Shown here piece after piece: positions 34,790 through 45,112 of a stretch of DNA of 64,000 nucleotides. Under the pieces are notes generated by a model. It was given only the letters and a program-made list of their open reading frames with translations. It had not been told where the DNA came from and did no database searches. The stretch is from Anaerolineales bacterium (lineage in GTDB: Bacteria; Chloroflexota; Anaerolineae; Anaerolineales; UBA6663). Location of the stretch: the NCBI GenBank assembly GCA_020850595.1, contig JADZEK010000073.1, positions 12,076 through 76,075 of the forward strand. The letters run 5' to 3'. The position numbers and the translations under genes are program-made. Numbering within the stretch: position 1 is the first letter of the stretch; the number at the start of each line of letters is the position of its first letter.

Positions 34790-36271
34790 CTAGGGGGCTG
34801 GGGCCGCCGGGTCGCCCGGATAGCCGCTCTCCAGCAGGCCCACCATAGTCAAGAAGCGCTGGAGTTGCTCACGGTCAGGGCTGCGCCGCCGCACGCCGGC
34901 CACGTACTCAATGATACGGTCGGCCAGCACGTCATCCACCGGCAGGCCCTCGGCGCGCGCCTCGCGCAAGCCTTTGGTCAGCGCCAGGATCAGCTCGGTC
35001 TCGGCTTCGGAGCGGGCCGTGTCGCTCAGCCAGCGGGCATAGGCCTTGGCGTCGGCCAGCTCGTCCTGGGCCAGCGCCTTGTGGGTAGACTTCCACGTCT
35101 CGATCAACTGCTGGTGAATCTTGTCGCGGCCGGTTGGGTCCGCCTCCGACTTGAGGTCTGGGTCAACATCCGGGTCGGGCCGGATGTGGCCCACGCTGAC
35201 CCAGATGATCTCCGCGCCCATGTCGGCGAACTTCTTGCGGCTGTGCTTATCCTGAAACAGCGCGTGGAGCGCCTGCCGGTAGGGGATGGCGGGCGGCGGC
35301 TCGGGCTGGTTGCCGTCGCGCGGCGGCGGGATCAGCTCATCCATGCGGTGGCGTGAGATCCAGTCGGCCACGGTGCCGCGCACCGCGCCGGTCACCATCT
35401 CCGACCACACTTCCAGCCCGCTGCCCGACACCTTGCGGCTGTAAGCTGCGCGCCGCACGGCCCCGGTCATCACCGGGTAGGGGTTGGCCTCGGTGCGCAC
35501 CTGCCGCGCGCGGATGCCAAAGCGCACGCGCATCTCGTTGATGACGATGGGCAGCCCATCCTTGGTAATCAGCTTGATGTTGTCGCGCGCGCGTTCCACC
35601 TCGCGCAGGTCGAAGGCCTCGCGCAAGGTCTCAAACCGCCGCAGGAAATGCGTGCCCGCGCCCAGCACGGCCGACGGCCCCACCACGCGCTCGAACAGCG
35701 CCGCGTTGCCGATCGTGATGTCTACCCAGCCCGGCCCGCCGATGCGCAGCATGGGGTTGGTGTCGGGGTGGGCCACGCTCGCCTCGCCCTGGCTGATGGT
35801 CATGCGTGGGTAGTCGCGGCCGAACAACGTCGAGAACAAGTAGCGCAAGGCCGGCTGCCAGTTGGGCAGTTCCAGCAGGTCTTTCAGGTAGGCCGCGCCG
35901 AAGTACAGTGCCAGCGCGATGCCCAGCACCGGCGGCAGGGCGTGGCGCAGCACCTGGCGCGACGCAAACGAGGCGAAGAAGTTGAACAGGTAGAGCAGCT
36001 CCGGCGGCAGCAGGTCGCGCAGGGCCAGCTGGTCGAGCGTCCAGTTGAACAGCCACAGGCTGCTCATTTGCTCGAACACCCGGCTGAAGAGGGTATACAG
36101 CACGACCACCACCGCGGCCAGCACCAGGCGCGTTTGGCCCCAGCCTTGGTCGCCTTCCACCAGGTGATGGAAATACGAACCGACTTGCCAGCGCAAACGC
36201 GCCAACAGGCTGTCAATCCAGGCGGCGGGGTCGCCAGGCGGCGAAGCTTCCGGCGGTTGTTCGAGGTCCAT
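34790..36271 (-). CDS. Multi-TM membrane protein with SPFH/band-7-like domain (paralog B)
   Basis: 493 aa. At least three TM helices, then GAGTHFLRRFETLREAFDLREV...KLITKDGLPIVINEMRVRFGI resembling the SPFH core. The start overlaps the upstream stop (TAATG). Confidence 0.5.
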   Translation of the reverse strand: MDLEQPPEASPPGDPAAWIDSLLARLRWQVGSYFHHLVEGDQGWGQTRLVLAAVVVVLYTLFSRVFEQMSSLWLFNWTLDQLALRDLLPPELLYLFNFFASFASRQVLRHALPPVLGIALALYFGAAYLKDLLELPNWQPALRYLFSTLFGRDYPRMTISQGEASVAHPDTNPMLRIGGPGWVDITIGNAALFERVVGPSAVLGAGTHFLRRFETLREAFDLREVERARDNIKLITKDGLPIVINEMRVRFGIRARQVRTEANPYPVMTGAVRRAAYSRKVSGSGLEVWSEMVTGAVRGTVADWISRHRMDELIPPPRDGNQPEPPPAIPYRQALHALFQDKHSRKKFADMGAEIIWVSVGHIRPDPDVDPDLKSEADPTGRDKIHQQLIETWKSTHKALAQDELADAKAYARWLSDTARSEAETELILALTKGLREARAEGLPVDDVLADRIIEYVAGVRRRSPDREQLQRFLTMVGLLESGYPGDPAAPAP

Positions 36272-37533
36272 TAGCGGGCTGTCACGCCTTTCAGCCCTTC
36301 AATTTCGCGCAGTGTTTCGGCGGGCAGGCGGCTGCGCTGGGCCGGGTCAGCGGCGGCGGCTTGCAGCGCTTTCAGCAGCATCAGAGCCAGCGCCTTGCGC
36401 GCCACCGGGTCGTCGGTGGCTCCCAGCAGCGCCTGGATGTCCTTGAAGATCAAGGTCTGCGCGTCGGTCTGCCAGCGCCGCTCAGTGCGGATGGATTGCG
36501 TCTCGCCCGCCGCCTCCTGCTGGATGGCGGCCTTCTGCCAGCGCGCCTGCCACGAGCGCACCCGCTGGTTGACCACCTCGCGCGGCAGGGCCAGCCCCGA
36601 TACGCCTACGCCATAGATCACCAGACCGCGTTCGCGCAGCACAGCTGCGTCTTTCACCGTGGCCGTCACGCGCCCGGTGAAGGCCGAGAACGGGTAGACA
36701 TCGGGCTTGGTGGGCTGGAAGAGCTCATCCAGCCGGTACTCGGCCAGCACGTTGCGGAAGCACTCTACCGCCACGGTCAGCGGCAGTTCGGTCCACTCGA
36801 TGGCTTGCTTGTCGCCCAGGGCCACGCCGTAGACGGCGCGGAAGGCGCTGCTGCGATTGAACTGGTAGGCGGCCTGGTTGCGCTCGGCGCGCTCGGGTGG
36901 CGGCAGTTCGGCCGCGGCCTGGCCGGGGCGCTCGGGGTGCGGGTCTAGCCCGAAGGTGACCGACACAAACGCGCTGACTTCAATGCCGTCTTTGGTCAGG
37001 GCCTTGGCGGGCATGCTGCGCGACTGGCGGCGCAGGTCGAGCGTGGCCACCAGCCGCTCGCCGGGGGCGATGAAGGTGATGCCCGGCCCGGCCGCCCGCA
37101 CGATCGCTGGGCCGCCCGCGGCAGTGGCATCACCGCTGGGCGCGGCGGGGTGCCATTGCGCGGCGGCGGCGCGCTCCAGCACGATGGCGCTCACGGCGTC
37201 TACCAGCGCCACGCCATGCCCATAGCGCTTCAGTTCGTCTTTGCGGCCGACGGTCTTGCCGTCTTTCACGAAGACGATCGGGCCGGTGCTGCCGCTGACG
37301 AACTGCATGAAGTGGTCGAACACCGACCGCCGCTCGCTCTGCGTTTGCACCGGCAGCACGAACTGCGAGATCAGCATCAGGCCGATGACGAACGTGCCGG
37401 CGAAGGCCAGCACGTCGAACACCACCCCGAGGAGGCTCGGCCAGGGCGGGAAGGCGTAGGCCGCCACCGCCGCCGCCAGGACGACCACGGCCCCCGCCCA
37501 GGCCCAAAACTGCCGCCGCCGCAGAATTTCCAT
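36271..37533 (-). CDS. Multi-TM membrane protein with SPFH/band-7-like domain (paralog A)
   Basis: 420 aa. Two TM helices, then GPGITFIAPGERLVATLDLRRQSRSMPAKALTKDGIEVSAFVSVTF (SPFH signature GPG..F.P...v..vdlR.q.....TkD...v.vd). Confidence 0.55.
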   Translation of the reverse strand: MEILRRRQFWAWAGAVVVLAAAVAAYAFPPWPSLLGVVFDVLAFAGTFVIGLMLISQFVLPVQTQSERRSVFDHFMQFVSGSTGPIVFVKDGKTVGRKDELKRYGHGVALVDAVSAIVLERAAAAQWHPAAPSGDATAAGGPAIVRAAGPGITFIAPGERLVATLDLRRQSRSMPAKALTKDGIEVSAFVSVTFGLDPHPERPGQAAAELPPPERAERNQAAYQFNRSSAFRAVYGVALGDKQAIEWTELPLTVAVECFRNVLAEYRLDELFQPTKPDVYPFSAFTGRVTATVKDAAVLRERGLVIYGVGVSGLALPREVVNQRVRSWQARWQKAAIQQEAAGETQSIRTERRWQTDAQTLIFKDIQALLGATDDPVARKALALMLLKALQAAAADPAQRSRLPAETLREIEGLKGVTAR

Positions 37534-37777
37534 GCGGGGATTGTATATCAGGTGTGAATTCTGGGGGATTATGCGCGCCGGGCGGCCAGGCGCGGCGTGG
37601 CGTGCGCGGAGCCGTCATTGCCGTCACCACCGTCACGCTTGGCACGGCGGCAGCAGGCGGGCGCGCGCGGGGCCGGCCGGGAAAGCAAGCACTGAGCCAG
37701 CCGGTGAAGCGGCATGGCTTGAGTCTGAATTGTAATTGTTGGATAAGCAGACGCTCGTTTTGGAGCGGAGGGAGGCG

Positions 37778-38611
37778 TTATCCGTAAAGCTTGTTCTCGC
37801 CCAGGAAGAAGCGCTGCACGACCGCGAACAGCGCCACCGCCGGCGCCGTCATCACCACCACCGCGGCCAGCAGCAGCGGCCAGTTGATCTGGTCCATCTG
37901 CTTCAACTGCTGCACGCCGATGGGCAGCGTATACAGCGCGGGCGTCTTCAGAAACAGCAGCGGGTTTATGAAGTCGCTCCAATACAACAGGAAGGTCAGG
38001 ATGCCCACCGCCATCAGCGTGGCGCGCGCCAGCGGCAGCGCCAGTCGCCACCAGATCGTCAGCAGCCCCGCGCCGTCGAGGGCCGCGCTCTCGAACAACT
38101 CGGTTGGCATGCGCTTGAAGGTCCAATAGAACAGCAGGACGAACAGCGGGCTGGAGCCCATGAGCGCCGGGGCTAGCAGCGCCGCGTAGTTGTCAATCAG
38201 CCCGAGCCAGGTGAACAGCACGAAGCGCGGCAGCCACAGCGCGCCCGCCGGCACCAGCAGCAACAGGCCGCACAGCGCCACCAGCCGCCCCTGCCAGCGC
38301 GGAGCGGCCAGCGCCATGGCTAGCCCGGCCCACGAGGCCGTCACCAGCGTGAGCGCCACGCCCAGCGACGCTACGATCAGCGAGTTGAGCGTGTAGCGGG
38401 CCAGCGGCAGGAGGCGAAAAACCTCAACATAGTTGCTCCAGGCGGGCGGGTTGGGCAGCCAGACAATGGTGCGCGGCGGGGGCAGCCCGAGTGGGCGCAG
38501 CGAGGCGGCCACGATCCAGGCCAGCGGCACGAGGCACACGAAGGCTAGCGCCAGCCCGGCCGCGTGCCGCGCCAGCCCGGCCAGCAGCCGCGGCGCTGTA
38601 TTAGGCGGCAT
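37778..38611 (-). CDS. Carbohydrate ABC transporter permease (UgpE-like)
   Basis: 277 aa, six TM helices, EAA-like loop. Confidence 0.85.
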   Translation of the reverse strand: MPPNTAPRLLAGLARHAAGLALAFVCLVPLAWIVAASLRPLGLPPPRTIVWLPNPPAWSNYVEVFRLLPLARYTLNSLIVASLGVALTLVTASWAGLAMALAAPRWQGRLVALCGLLLLVPAGALWLPRFVLFTWLGLIDNYAALLAPALMGSSPLFVLLFYWTFKRMPTELFESAALDGAGLLTIWWRLALPLARATLMAVGILTFLLYWSDFINPLLFLKTPALYTLPIGVQQLKQMDQINWPLLLAAVVVMTAPAVALFAVVQRFFLGENKLYG

Positions 38612-39509
38612 CGGGGCGCGTCCAGCGCCGGGTGAGCGCGTACACCGCCGCCACCAGGGCGAAGCTGCAGGCGAACATCACCACTAGGATCGCCGCGCCC
38701 ATGCCGAAGCGCAAGTTGGCGAACGTCTCCTCAAACGACAGGTAGGGCAGGAACAGGGTGCTGTGGTACGGGTCGCCGCGCGTGAGCAGCAGCGATGGGG
38801 TGAAGGTGTATTGAAACGACCAGATCAGGTCGCGCACCGTCAGCGTGACCAGCCAGGGGGCCAACAGCGGCAGGGTGAGGTGGCGGAAGACGGCCGGCGG
38901 TCCGGCCCCGTCTATCGTCGCCGCGTCGCTCAAGTCGCTGGGGATGGTTTCCAACCCGGCCAGCAGCACCACGAAGCCCTCGCCGATCTGGAACAGGGCC
39001 ATGAACACAAACACGAGCTTGGCCGTGCTCGCGTCGACTAGCCAGCCGGGTTGCGGCAGTCCCAGCGCGCCCAGCACGATGTTCACCGGGCCGAACAAGG
39101 GGTTGAACACCCACAGCCAGATGAGCGCGTAGGCCACCTCGGGAATCACCGTGGGCAGGTACACCGCCGCGCGGTAGAAGCCCACGCCGCGCCCCGGCCG
39201 CCGCAGCAGCAGCGCCAGCCCCAGCGCGGCCAGCACCCGCAGCGGCACCGCCAGCAGCGTGAAGTAGAGCGAGTTGCTGATGGCGATGCGCTCCAGCGGG
39301 TCTAGGTAAAACATGCTGTAGTTGCGCAGTCCCCACCAGGCGGGCGCGCTGACGCCGTCATAGTACAGAAACGACAAGACGACGGCCAGCAGGCCGGGGA
39401 TGAGCACCAGTACCCCGGCCCCCAACAGAAACGGCAGCAGCAGGCCCAGGAGGGCGGCCTGCTGCTGCTGGTGAGTGCGGGCGGGGGCGCGGGGCCGGGC
39501 CGGCGGCAC
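38601..39509 (-). CDS. Carbohydrate ABC transporter permease (UgpA-like)
   Basis: 302 aa, six TM helices. Overlaps the downstream permease by 11 nt. Confidence 0.85.
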   Translation of the reverse strand: MPPARPRAPARTHQQQQAALLGLLLPFLLGAGVLVLIPGLLAVVLSFLYYDGVSAPAWWGLRNYSMFYLDPLERIAISNSLYFTLLAVPLRVLAALGLALLLRRPGRGVGFYRAAVYLPTVIPEVAYALIWLWVFNPLFGPVNIVLGALGLPQPGWLVDASTAKLVFVFMALFQIGEGFVVLLAGLETIPSDLSDAATIDGAGPPAVFRHLTLPLLAPWLVTLTVRDLIWSFQYTFTPSLLLTRGDPYHSTLFLPYLSFEETFANLRFGMGAAILVVMFACSFALVAAVYALTRRWTRPDAA

Positions 39510-39514
39510 GCGGT

Positions 39515-40837
39515 TTAGTCTTCGGTCAGGCGCGGCCCGGCGTCGGCGACGATCAGGTCGAGCGCTGCCTGGGCGGTGATGTCACCGTAGAAGGCCCGCT
39601 CGATCTCGTCATCCGCTCGCCCGGCGATCTCTTCCCACTGCGCCAGCACGGGGGCCGGGCGCAGTCCGGGGATCACGTCAATCCACACCCGGCTGTGCTC
39701 CGGCTTGACGTTCGGGTCCAGAAAGTATTCCGACTCAGCCACGGCGCGGTTCGACGGCACAGTGCGGCCCGTGGCTGCCATGAGCTGCTGGCCCTCTACG
39801 GAGTTGGCGAATTCGATCAACTGCCAACCCAGCTCCGGTTGAGCGGCGGCGCTGGTCAGGCACAGGCCGTCAGAGTGTAGGATAGTGGCCGCCTGCGCCT
39901 GGCGCGGCAGCGGCGCCACGTCCCAATCGAAGGCGGCGCTGGCCCGCAAGGCGACCGTCACGCGCCGGCTCTGGAAGAACATGCCCAGCGTGCCGTTCTC
40001 GAAGCGGTCTTGGCTGCTCTGTGCTTCTTCTTCTATTCGCCCCGGGGTGACGTGATGCACCGCCTGCAGGTCCACAAAGAATTGCAGGGCTTGCAACGCC
40101 TCGGGCGTGTCGAGCGCCAGGTCGTGGCCGTCGGCGGTCAAGAAATCGCCGCCGTTCTGCCAGATGAAAGGCAGCACGCGGATGAGCTGAGTGGCGGTGC
40201 CGAGGCCATATTGGTCTACGACGCCGTCGCCGTCGGTGTCCTGGGTGAGCGCCTGGGCGGTCGTCAGGAAGTCGGCCCAGGTCCAGTCAGCCTTGGGGTA
40301 AGCCAGCCCGGCGGCGTCGAATAGGTCTTTGTTGTAGTAGGTGACCAGGCTCGACATGTTGATGGGAATGCACATCTGGTCGCCCTCCCACTGGTAGGCA
40401 TTCAGGGCGGGGGCGTAGAAGTCATCGGCGGCGATCACGTCGCTGGCGGCGAATTGCGCCGTGATCGGCTGAAAGGCGTGGTTGGCGTAGTAGCGGGCCG
40501 CGTCGCGGTAATCCATGTAGACCACGTCGGCGGGCGTGCCGGCCACCAGGTCCGACCCCAGGCGCGCGAAATAGTCGGCGTCCCCGGTGGCGATGTTGAC
40601 CAGCGTCACCGAGACGCCGGGGTGCCGGGCCTCAAAGGCCTCGGCCACCTTCTGAAAGGCAACGACCTCGTTGGGGTCAGCGTGGACCATCCACGAAACC
40701 GGTCGGCTGGTCGTTGGCGCGGCGGTTGGCGACATCGGCGTGTGGGCGGGGGTATTGGTGGCGGCCGGCGCGCACCCGGCGGCCAGGGCCACGCTCAGTG
40801 CCAGGGCCGCCCGGTATGGCGGACGCAACAATCGCAT
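39515..40837 (-). CDS. ABC transporter extracellular solute-binding protein (family 1, sugar)
   Basis: 440 aa. Lipoprotein-like N-terminus (LAAGCAPA) and SBP fold. Confidence 0.85.
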   Translation of the reverse strand: MRLLRPPYRAALALSVALAAGCAPAATNTPAHTPMSPTAAPTTSRPVSWMVHADPNEVVAFQKVAEAFEARHPGVSVTLVNIATGDADYFARLGSDLVAGTPADVVYMDYRDAARYYANHAFQPITAQFAASDVIAADDFYAPALNAYQWEGDQMCIPINMSSLVTYYNKDLFDAAGLAYPKADWTWADFLTTAQALTQDTDGDGVVDQYGLGTATQLIRVLPFIWQNGGDFLTADGHDLALDTPEALQALQFFVDLQAVHHVTPGRIEEEAQSSQDRFENGTLGMFFQSRRVTVALRASAAFDWDVAPLPRQAQAATILHSDGLCLTSAAAQPELGWQLIEFANSVEGQQLMAATGRTVPSNRAVAESEYFLDPNVKPEHSRVWIDVIPGLRPAPVLAQWEEIAGRADDEIERAFYGDITAQAALDLIVADAGPRLTED

Positions 40838-41044
40838 ATCGGGTCTCCTCTCTGCCAGTGAACCAGTGGGTCGCTATGTTTGCTTATCATAGCGTATCTT
40901 CGGTCGTGTTCCTGAACCAACCATTCTACTGTGAGGCCAGGTCATTCTAAGGTTGAACAGCGGCCCGGAGATGACTCCCGCCAGCGTTGGGTACGCCCCT
41001 CGGCCTCGACGCTGACAAGCCTCAAGCGCAGGCGGTGTCGGGTT

Positions 41045-44000
41045 TCAGGGCGCCGCCACCCGCAGCGCGCCCAGCGGCACGCGCCCGTCGGGGAACTCAT
41101 CTGTAGCCAGTCGCTCGTTGGTAGCGGGGTCATACAGCCCGGCCCACAGCGCGTAGTCGCCGGGCGGCAGGTCGGCGGGCAGGGGCAGCGCGCGCACATC
41201 AAGCACGTATTCGCCCGGCAGCCACCCGGTCGTGGGCCGCGTCCAGTCCACCGGGACGCCGTCCGACTGCGCCGCGAGGGTGCCATCGGCCGCCAGCAGG
41301 TGCACAAAGACATGATAGCTCACGTCCATCAGGTCATCGGCGCGCCACACGAGCGTCAGCGCGGCCGGATTTCCACTTGTCGGAGCGGTGTCTGGCCTGA
41401 TCCGACCTGCCAGCGTAGCCGGACCCAGGTCCGCGTCCACCAGCTCAGCCTGGGCGGGCGGCTCGAACGTGCGCTCTGGCGCGGTGACGGCCAGCGCGCC
41501 CAACGTCACGGACGGCGCCGCACCCACCGCCAGCATCCAGGTGTAAGTGCCGGTCGCCAGGTCGGCGGGCAGGCGCACGGTTACCTGGTCGCGCAAGGGG
41601 TCACCTGTGGCCCAGTCTCCAGCCGGGTAGGGCGCTCCGGGCGCAAAGGTCCGCGAGGCGCGCTGTTGGCCGCTCGCGTCCAGCAGTGCTAGCGTCGCCG
41701 TCACCGGTCCGGCGGGCAGGCTTGTCACCTGCCAGCACAGCGTCAGGGTCACGTCATCGCCGGGGACCGCGCCCGCTCGATTGCTCGCCGCCAACCGCAG
41801 GTCGAGCGGCCCGGCAACTGCCACCGCCGCTTCATCCGCGCACAGCCGCGCCCGCGTGGGCGTCGTGACCTGCACCAGTCCGATAGGGATCGTGGCGATG
41901 GCTTGCAGGTTGTAATAGGCGAACACCGTCACTTGCGCGGTGTAGTCGCCCGGTGGTGTGCCGGGCAGCACCGTGAGCAGGTAGGCATCCAGGATATATT
42001 GGTTTACCGGCCAGCGGTCGGTGCCGGGGGCAAAGCGCCAATCCGTGGGGCGCGTCATCGCCGGCTCGCTCCAGGTGCGCCCGGCGGCGTCCACCAGCCG
42101 CACATCGAAGCCGTAGGCCACGCCCAGCGGATGGTTGGCCCGCCAATACAGCGTCAGCGCGGCGGCCTGGTCGCCGCCAATGGCCGGAGTAACCCCGGCG
42201 CTCAAGAGGGTCAGTTCGTCGGCCACATCGCGGTTCAGCGGCGGCAGGCCGCCTACGCCGCGCTCGCTCGCCGCGGCCAGCCCCGGCCGCAGCAGCGGTG
42301 TCAGCCCGGCATCATAGAGCAGCGGCCGCGCCAGCGCTAGCCCAATGGCGGCGGCCCACAGAGGCGCGCTTAGCACCGCCGCCCGCGCCTCTGCACTGTG
42401 GGACGCCGCAGGGTCGTTTGCTGAGCGCGTTGACCGATCGCGCCGCCACAGCCACAGCACGGCTCCGGCCATGCCCACAGCCACACCCGCCGACAGCCAG
42501 CCTGCCGCCGCCTGGATCGGCGTGCCCGCGTAGGTAAACGTGAGCGTGTGCGTCCCAGCCGGCGCCGCCACGGCCATCAAGCCGGCAGGCACCGTCGGCG
42601 TGATCGCTACCGCCGCGCCATCCAGCGCCGCCGCCCAGCCGGGGAAGTAGAAGCTGCGATAAGTGAACGTGACCGGCGCGGCGGCGCTAAGTGTAAAGGC
42701 CCCTTCGTGTGTCTGCGTCACCGCGGCCCCCGGCGCGTCGAAGCGCACCGGCGGCCGGCCCGCCATGAGCGCCGCACGGTCCGCGCTTGTGTCAGGCAGT
42801 GGCTTCACCCAGATGGGTAAATACTCGCCCACCGTCGTCGTGCCGATAAAGTCGGGCGGCGTCTCGAACGCAGCCAGATCGGCGGGCGTCGGCGCGGCGG
42901 GGACGGCTTCGCGCGGCGGCGAAGCGAACGGCAGGCCCAGCACTACCAGCGCGCCTAAAGCCAGCGCCGCAAGCCCGTCCCAGCGCGCTTCTCTGGCCGT
43001 CGCCTCCGGCTCAGCCGCAAACGCTGCCCCCCCCGCCATGGCCGTGAACAGGGCCACCGGCCCCAACAGCCGCCAGGGGAACAGTGTTAGTTGCAGCAGC
43101 GGCAGCGCCTCCCACACCGGCCGCGCCACCGGCAGCATCAGCAACAGCGCCCCCAGCGCCAGCAGCAGCCAGCCCGCCCCAGCGCGCCGCGCCGCCGGGC
43201 CGCGCCACAAGCGCGCGCCGGCCGCCGCCGCCAGCAGCAGGGCCGCTACCGGCAGCGCGCGCACCACCGGCGGGTTCAGCAGGTCTGGGTCTACCGGCAA
43301 GCGCGGGTAAGCCAGCAGGTCGCGCAGGCTCAGGAAGTTGTTGCCATACGCCATCGCGCCGTTGGCTGTGCCGCGCTCGATCTGTACATAGCGCGCCTCG
43401 GCCAGCGCCGGGAGCAGAAAGAACGCTGCCAGCCCCAGCGCCAGCGCATACGGGGTTAACGCCCGAGCCAGGCCGCGCCAGCCGCCGGCGCGCCCCGGCC
43501 CAGCCAGCCACTGCCACAGGCTGTAAGCGGCCACGAACGGCAGCGCCTGGAGCATCACCCCCTGGTGCGCCAGAATAGCCGCCGCCAGCGCCGCCCCGCC
43601 GCCGAGCGCGCCCGGCCACCCGCCGGCAGGCCGCCCCTCGCCTCGGGCCGCCTGCCGCAGCGCCAGCAGCGCCCACGGCAGCCACGCCAGCGCCAGTGCC
43701 TCTGGTAGCGAGCCACGGATGTAAACGTCGTAGAGCAGGTAGGGCGAGTATAGGTAGGCGACGCCGCCGACTAGCCCCGCCAGCGGCCCAAAGTGGGTCC
43801 GGCCCAGGTGGTAAGCCCCCAATAGGGCCAGCAGCAGCGTCAGCCCCGTGGCCGCGTGGTAGGCCGTTAGCAACGGCAGGCCCAGCAAGTTCAGCCCGGC
43901 GATCAGCCCGTGCGCCTCATATGGAAAGAAGTTGAAGACCGGGTAGCCCAGCCCCCACACCAGGTCGGGCGCCCAGCGCGGCAGCAGCACCCCGGCCTGC

Positions 44001-44146
44001 CACAGCCGCGCCAGCTCCCCGGCGCGGTAAAAATGGGGCAAGGCGTCGTTGGTGCGCGGCAGCCCCGCCCCGCTGAGCGGCCACAGGGCGGGCAGTGCCA
44101 GCAGCATCAAGAGGCCATAGGGCCGAAAGCGCCGCCAGATAGGCAT
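41045..44146 (-). CDS. Very large polytopic membrane protein, GT-C-like putative glycosyltransferase, with long extracytoplasmic beta-rich C-terminal region
   Basis: 1033 aa. At least 12 TM helices in the N-terminal 600 aa with a conserved-looking DALPHFYRAGEL...RWAPD...GYPVFNFFPY loop. The C-terminal 450 aa are soluble and repeat-like. Confidence 0.45.
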   Translation of the reverse strand: MPIWRRFRPYGLLMLLALPALWPLSGAGLPRTNDALPHFYRAGELARLWQAGVLLPRWAPDLVWGLGYPVFNFFPYEAHGLIAGLNLLGLPLLTAYHAATGLTLLLALLGAYHLGRTHFGPLAGLVGGVAYLYSPYLLYDVYIRGSLPEALALAWLPWALLALRQAARGEGRPAGGWPGALGGGAALAAAILAHQGVMLQALPFVAAYSLWQWLAGPGRAGGWRGLARALTPYALALGLAAFFLLPALAEARYVQIERGTANGAMAYGNNFLSLRDLLAYPRLPVDPDLLNPPVVRALPVAALLLAAAAGARLWRGPAARRAGAGWLLLALGALLLMLPVARPVWEALPLLQLTLFPWRLLGPVALFTAMAGGAAFAAEPEATAREARWDGLAALALGALVVLGLPFASPPREAVPAAPTPADLAAFETPPDFIGTTTVGEYLPIWVKPLPDTSADRAALMAGRPPVRFDAPGAAVTQTHEGAFTLSAAAPVTFTYRSFYFPGWAAALDGAAVAITPTVPAGLMAVAAPAGTHTLTFTYAGTPIQAAAGWLSAGVAVGMAGAVLWLWRRDRSTRSANDPAASHSAEARAAVLSAPLWAAAIGLALARPLLYDAGLTPLLRPGLAAASERGVGGLPPLNRDVADELTLLSAGVTPAIGGDQAAALTLYWRANHPLGVAYGFDVRLVDAAGRTWSEPAMTRPTDWRFAPGTDRWPVNQYILDAYLLTVLPGTPPGDYTAQVTVFAYYNLQAIATIPIGLVQVTTPTRARLCADEAAVAVAGPLDLRLAASNRAGAVPGDDVTLTLCWQVTSLPAGPVTATLALLDASGQQRASRTFAPGAPYPAGDWATGDPLRDQVTVRLPADLATGTYTWMLAVGAAPSVTLGALAVTAPERTFEPPAQAELVDADLGPATLAGRIRPDTAPTSGNPAALTLVWRADDLMDVSYHVFVHLLAADGTLAAQSDGVPVDWTRPTTGWLPGEYVLDVRALPLPADLPPGDYALWAGLYDPATNERLATDEFPDGRVPLGALRVAAP

Positions 44147-44317
44147 AAGGCCCGATTATAACGGCCCGCGGCCCGCCGTGACCTCGGTGGGAACCTGCTG
44201 GCCCGGACATTCGTTATAATAGCAACAGCCGCGGCCGTTGGTCGCTCCACGCCTGGTTTCGGGCGCCGTCGCTGCGCCGTCCATCAGCCCAGTTGGCCTA
44301 TGCTATATTAGCCCACC

Positions 44318-45103
44318 ATGACCGACGCTACCGCCTTGCCTCTCGAACGCCCGCGCCGCTTCTATTTCGACTGGCTCCTCCCGTTCTTGCTGCGGCCGAA
44401 AACGATCTACGCCAGGATCATGGCCCTGGGCCGCTCCACCTGGTTCACGCCGCTCCTGGTGCTCACCCTCACGGCCCTGGCGGCCGTGGCCGTAGCCGGG
44501 CCGATCAAGATCGCGGCCAACCAGTCGGGCCAGTCCCCCATGCCCGAAGTGTTTCAATACTGGACGCCGGAGCAGCAGGCCCAATACATTCAGGCGCAAC
44601 AGATCACCTCCACTGGCCCGGTGTTTATCTACGTCTTCCCGGGCATTGTGGCGGTGCTGCGGCTGTGGTTCGGCTGGCTGGTCATGGGCGGCCTGCTCCA
44701 CCTGATCCTCACCATGCTCGGCGGACGCGACAACACCGGCGGCGCTCTGAACATCGTGGCCTGGGCAGCCTTGCCGTTTGCCATTCGCGATCTCGTGCGC
44801 GTGGGCTTCATGCTCATCCAGAAGCAACTGCTGGCCAACCCCGGCCTCTCCGGCTTCGCGCCCGTCAGCGAAGGCTGGCTCTACGCCGTGCTGGGTGACC
44901 TGTTGGCGCGCATTGACCTCTACACCGTCTGGTATGTCATTCTGCTGTTCCTGGGCGTGCGCGCCTCGGTCGGCCTGAGCGCGGGTAAGTCGTTGGCCGG
45001 CTTGCTCATCGCCCTCCTGCTCATGCTTCTGCTGGGCCTGGTGCCGACCATCGTCATGAGCCAACTGAGCGGGTTGAGCATCATGCAGCCGTTCTTCTAC
45101 TGA
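44318..45103 (+). CDS. Yip1-domain membrane protein
   Basis: 261 aa. Five TM helices with Yip1-like topology. Located 9 nt upstream of the ABC ATPase. Confidence 0.65.
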   Translation: MTDATALPLERPRRFYFDWLLPFLLRPKTIYARIMALGRSTWFTPLLVLTLTALAAVAVAGPIKIAANQSGQSPMPEVFQYWTPEQQAQYIQAQQITSTGPVFIYVFPGIVAVLRLWFGWLVMGGLLHLILTMLGGRDNTGGALNIVAWAALPFAIRDLVRVGFMLIQKQLLANPGLSGFAPVSEGWLYAVLGDLLARIDLYTVWYVILLFLGVRASVGLSAGKSLAGLLIALLLMLLLGLVPTIVMSQLSGLSIMQPFFY

Positions 45104-45112
45104 CGGCTGCGC

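Noticed and set aside
43011-43685. Ala/Gly/Arg-rich ORFs inside and antisense to the 1033-aa membrane protein gene
   Set aside because: Compositional artefacts of the Ala/Leu-rich TM coding region. No independent gene signals.
44147-44317. Two TATAAT hexamers (one per strand) in the divergent region between the GT-C-like membrane protein and the Yip1 gene
   Set aside because: Plausible -10 boxes, but the upstream -35 matches are weak and one would imply a leaderless transcript. Too speculative to list as a feature.
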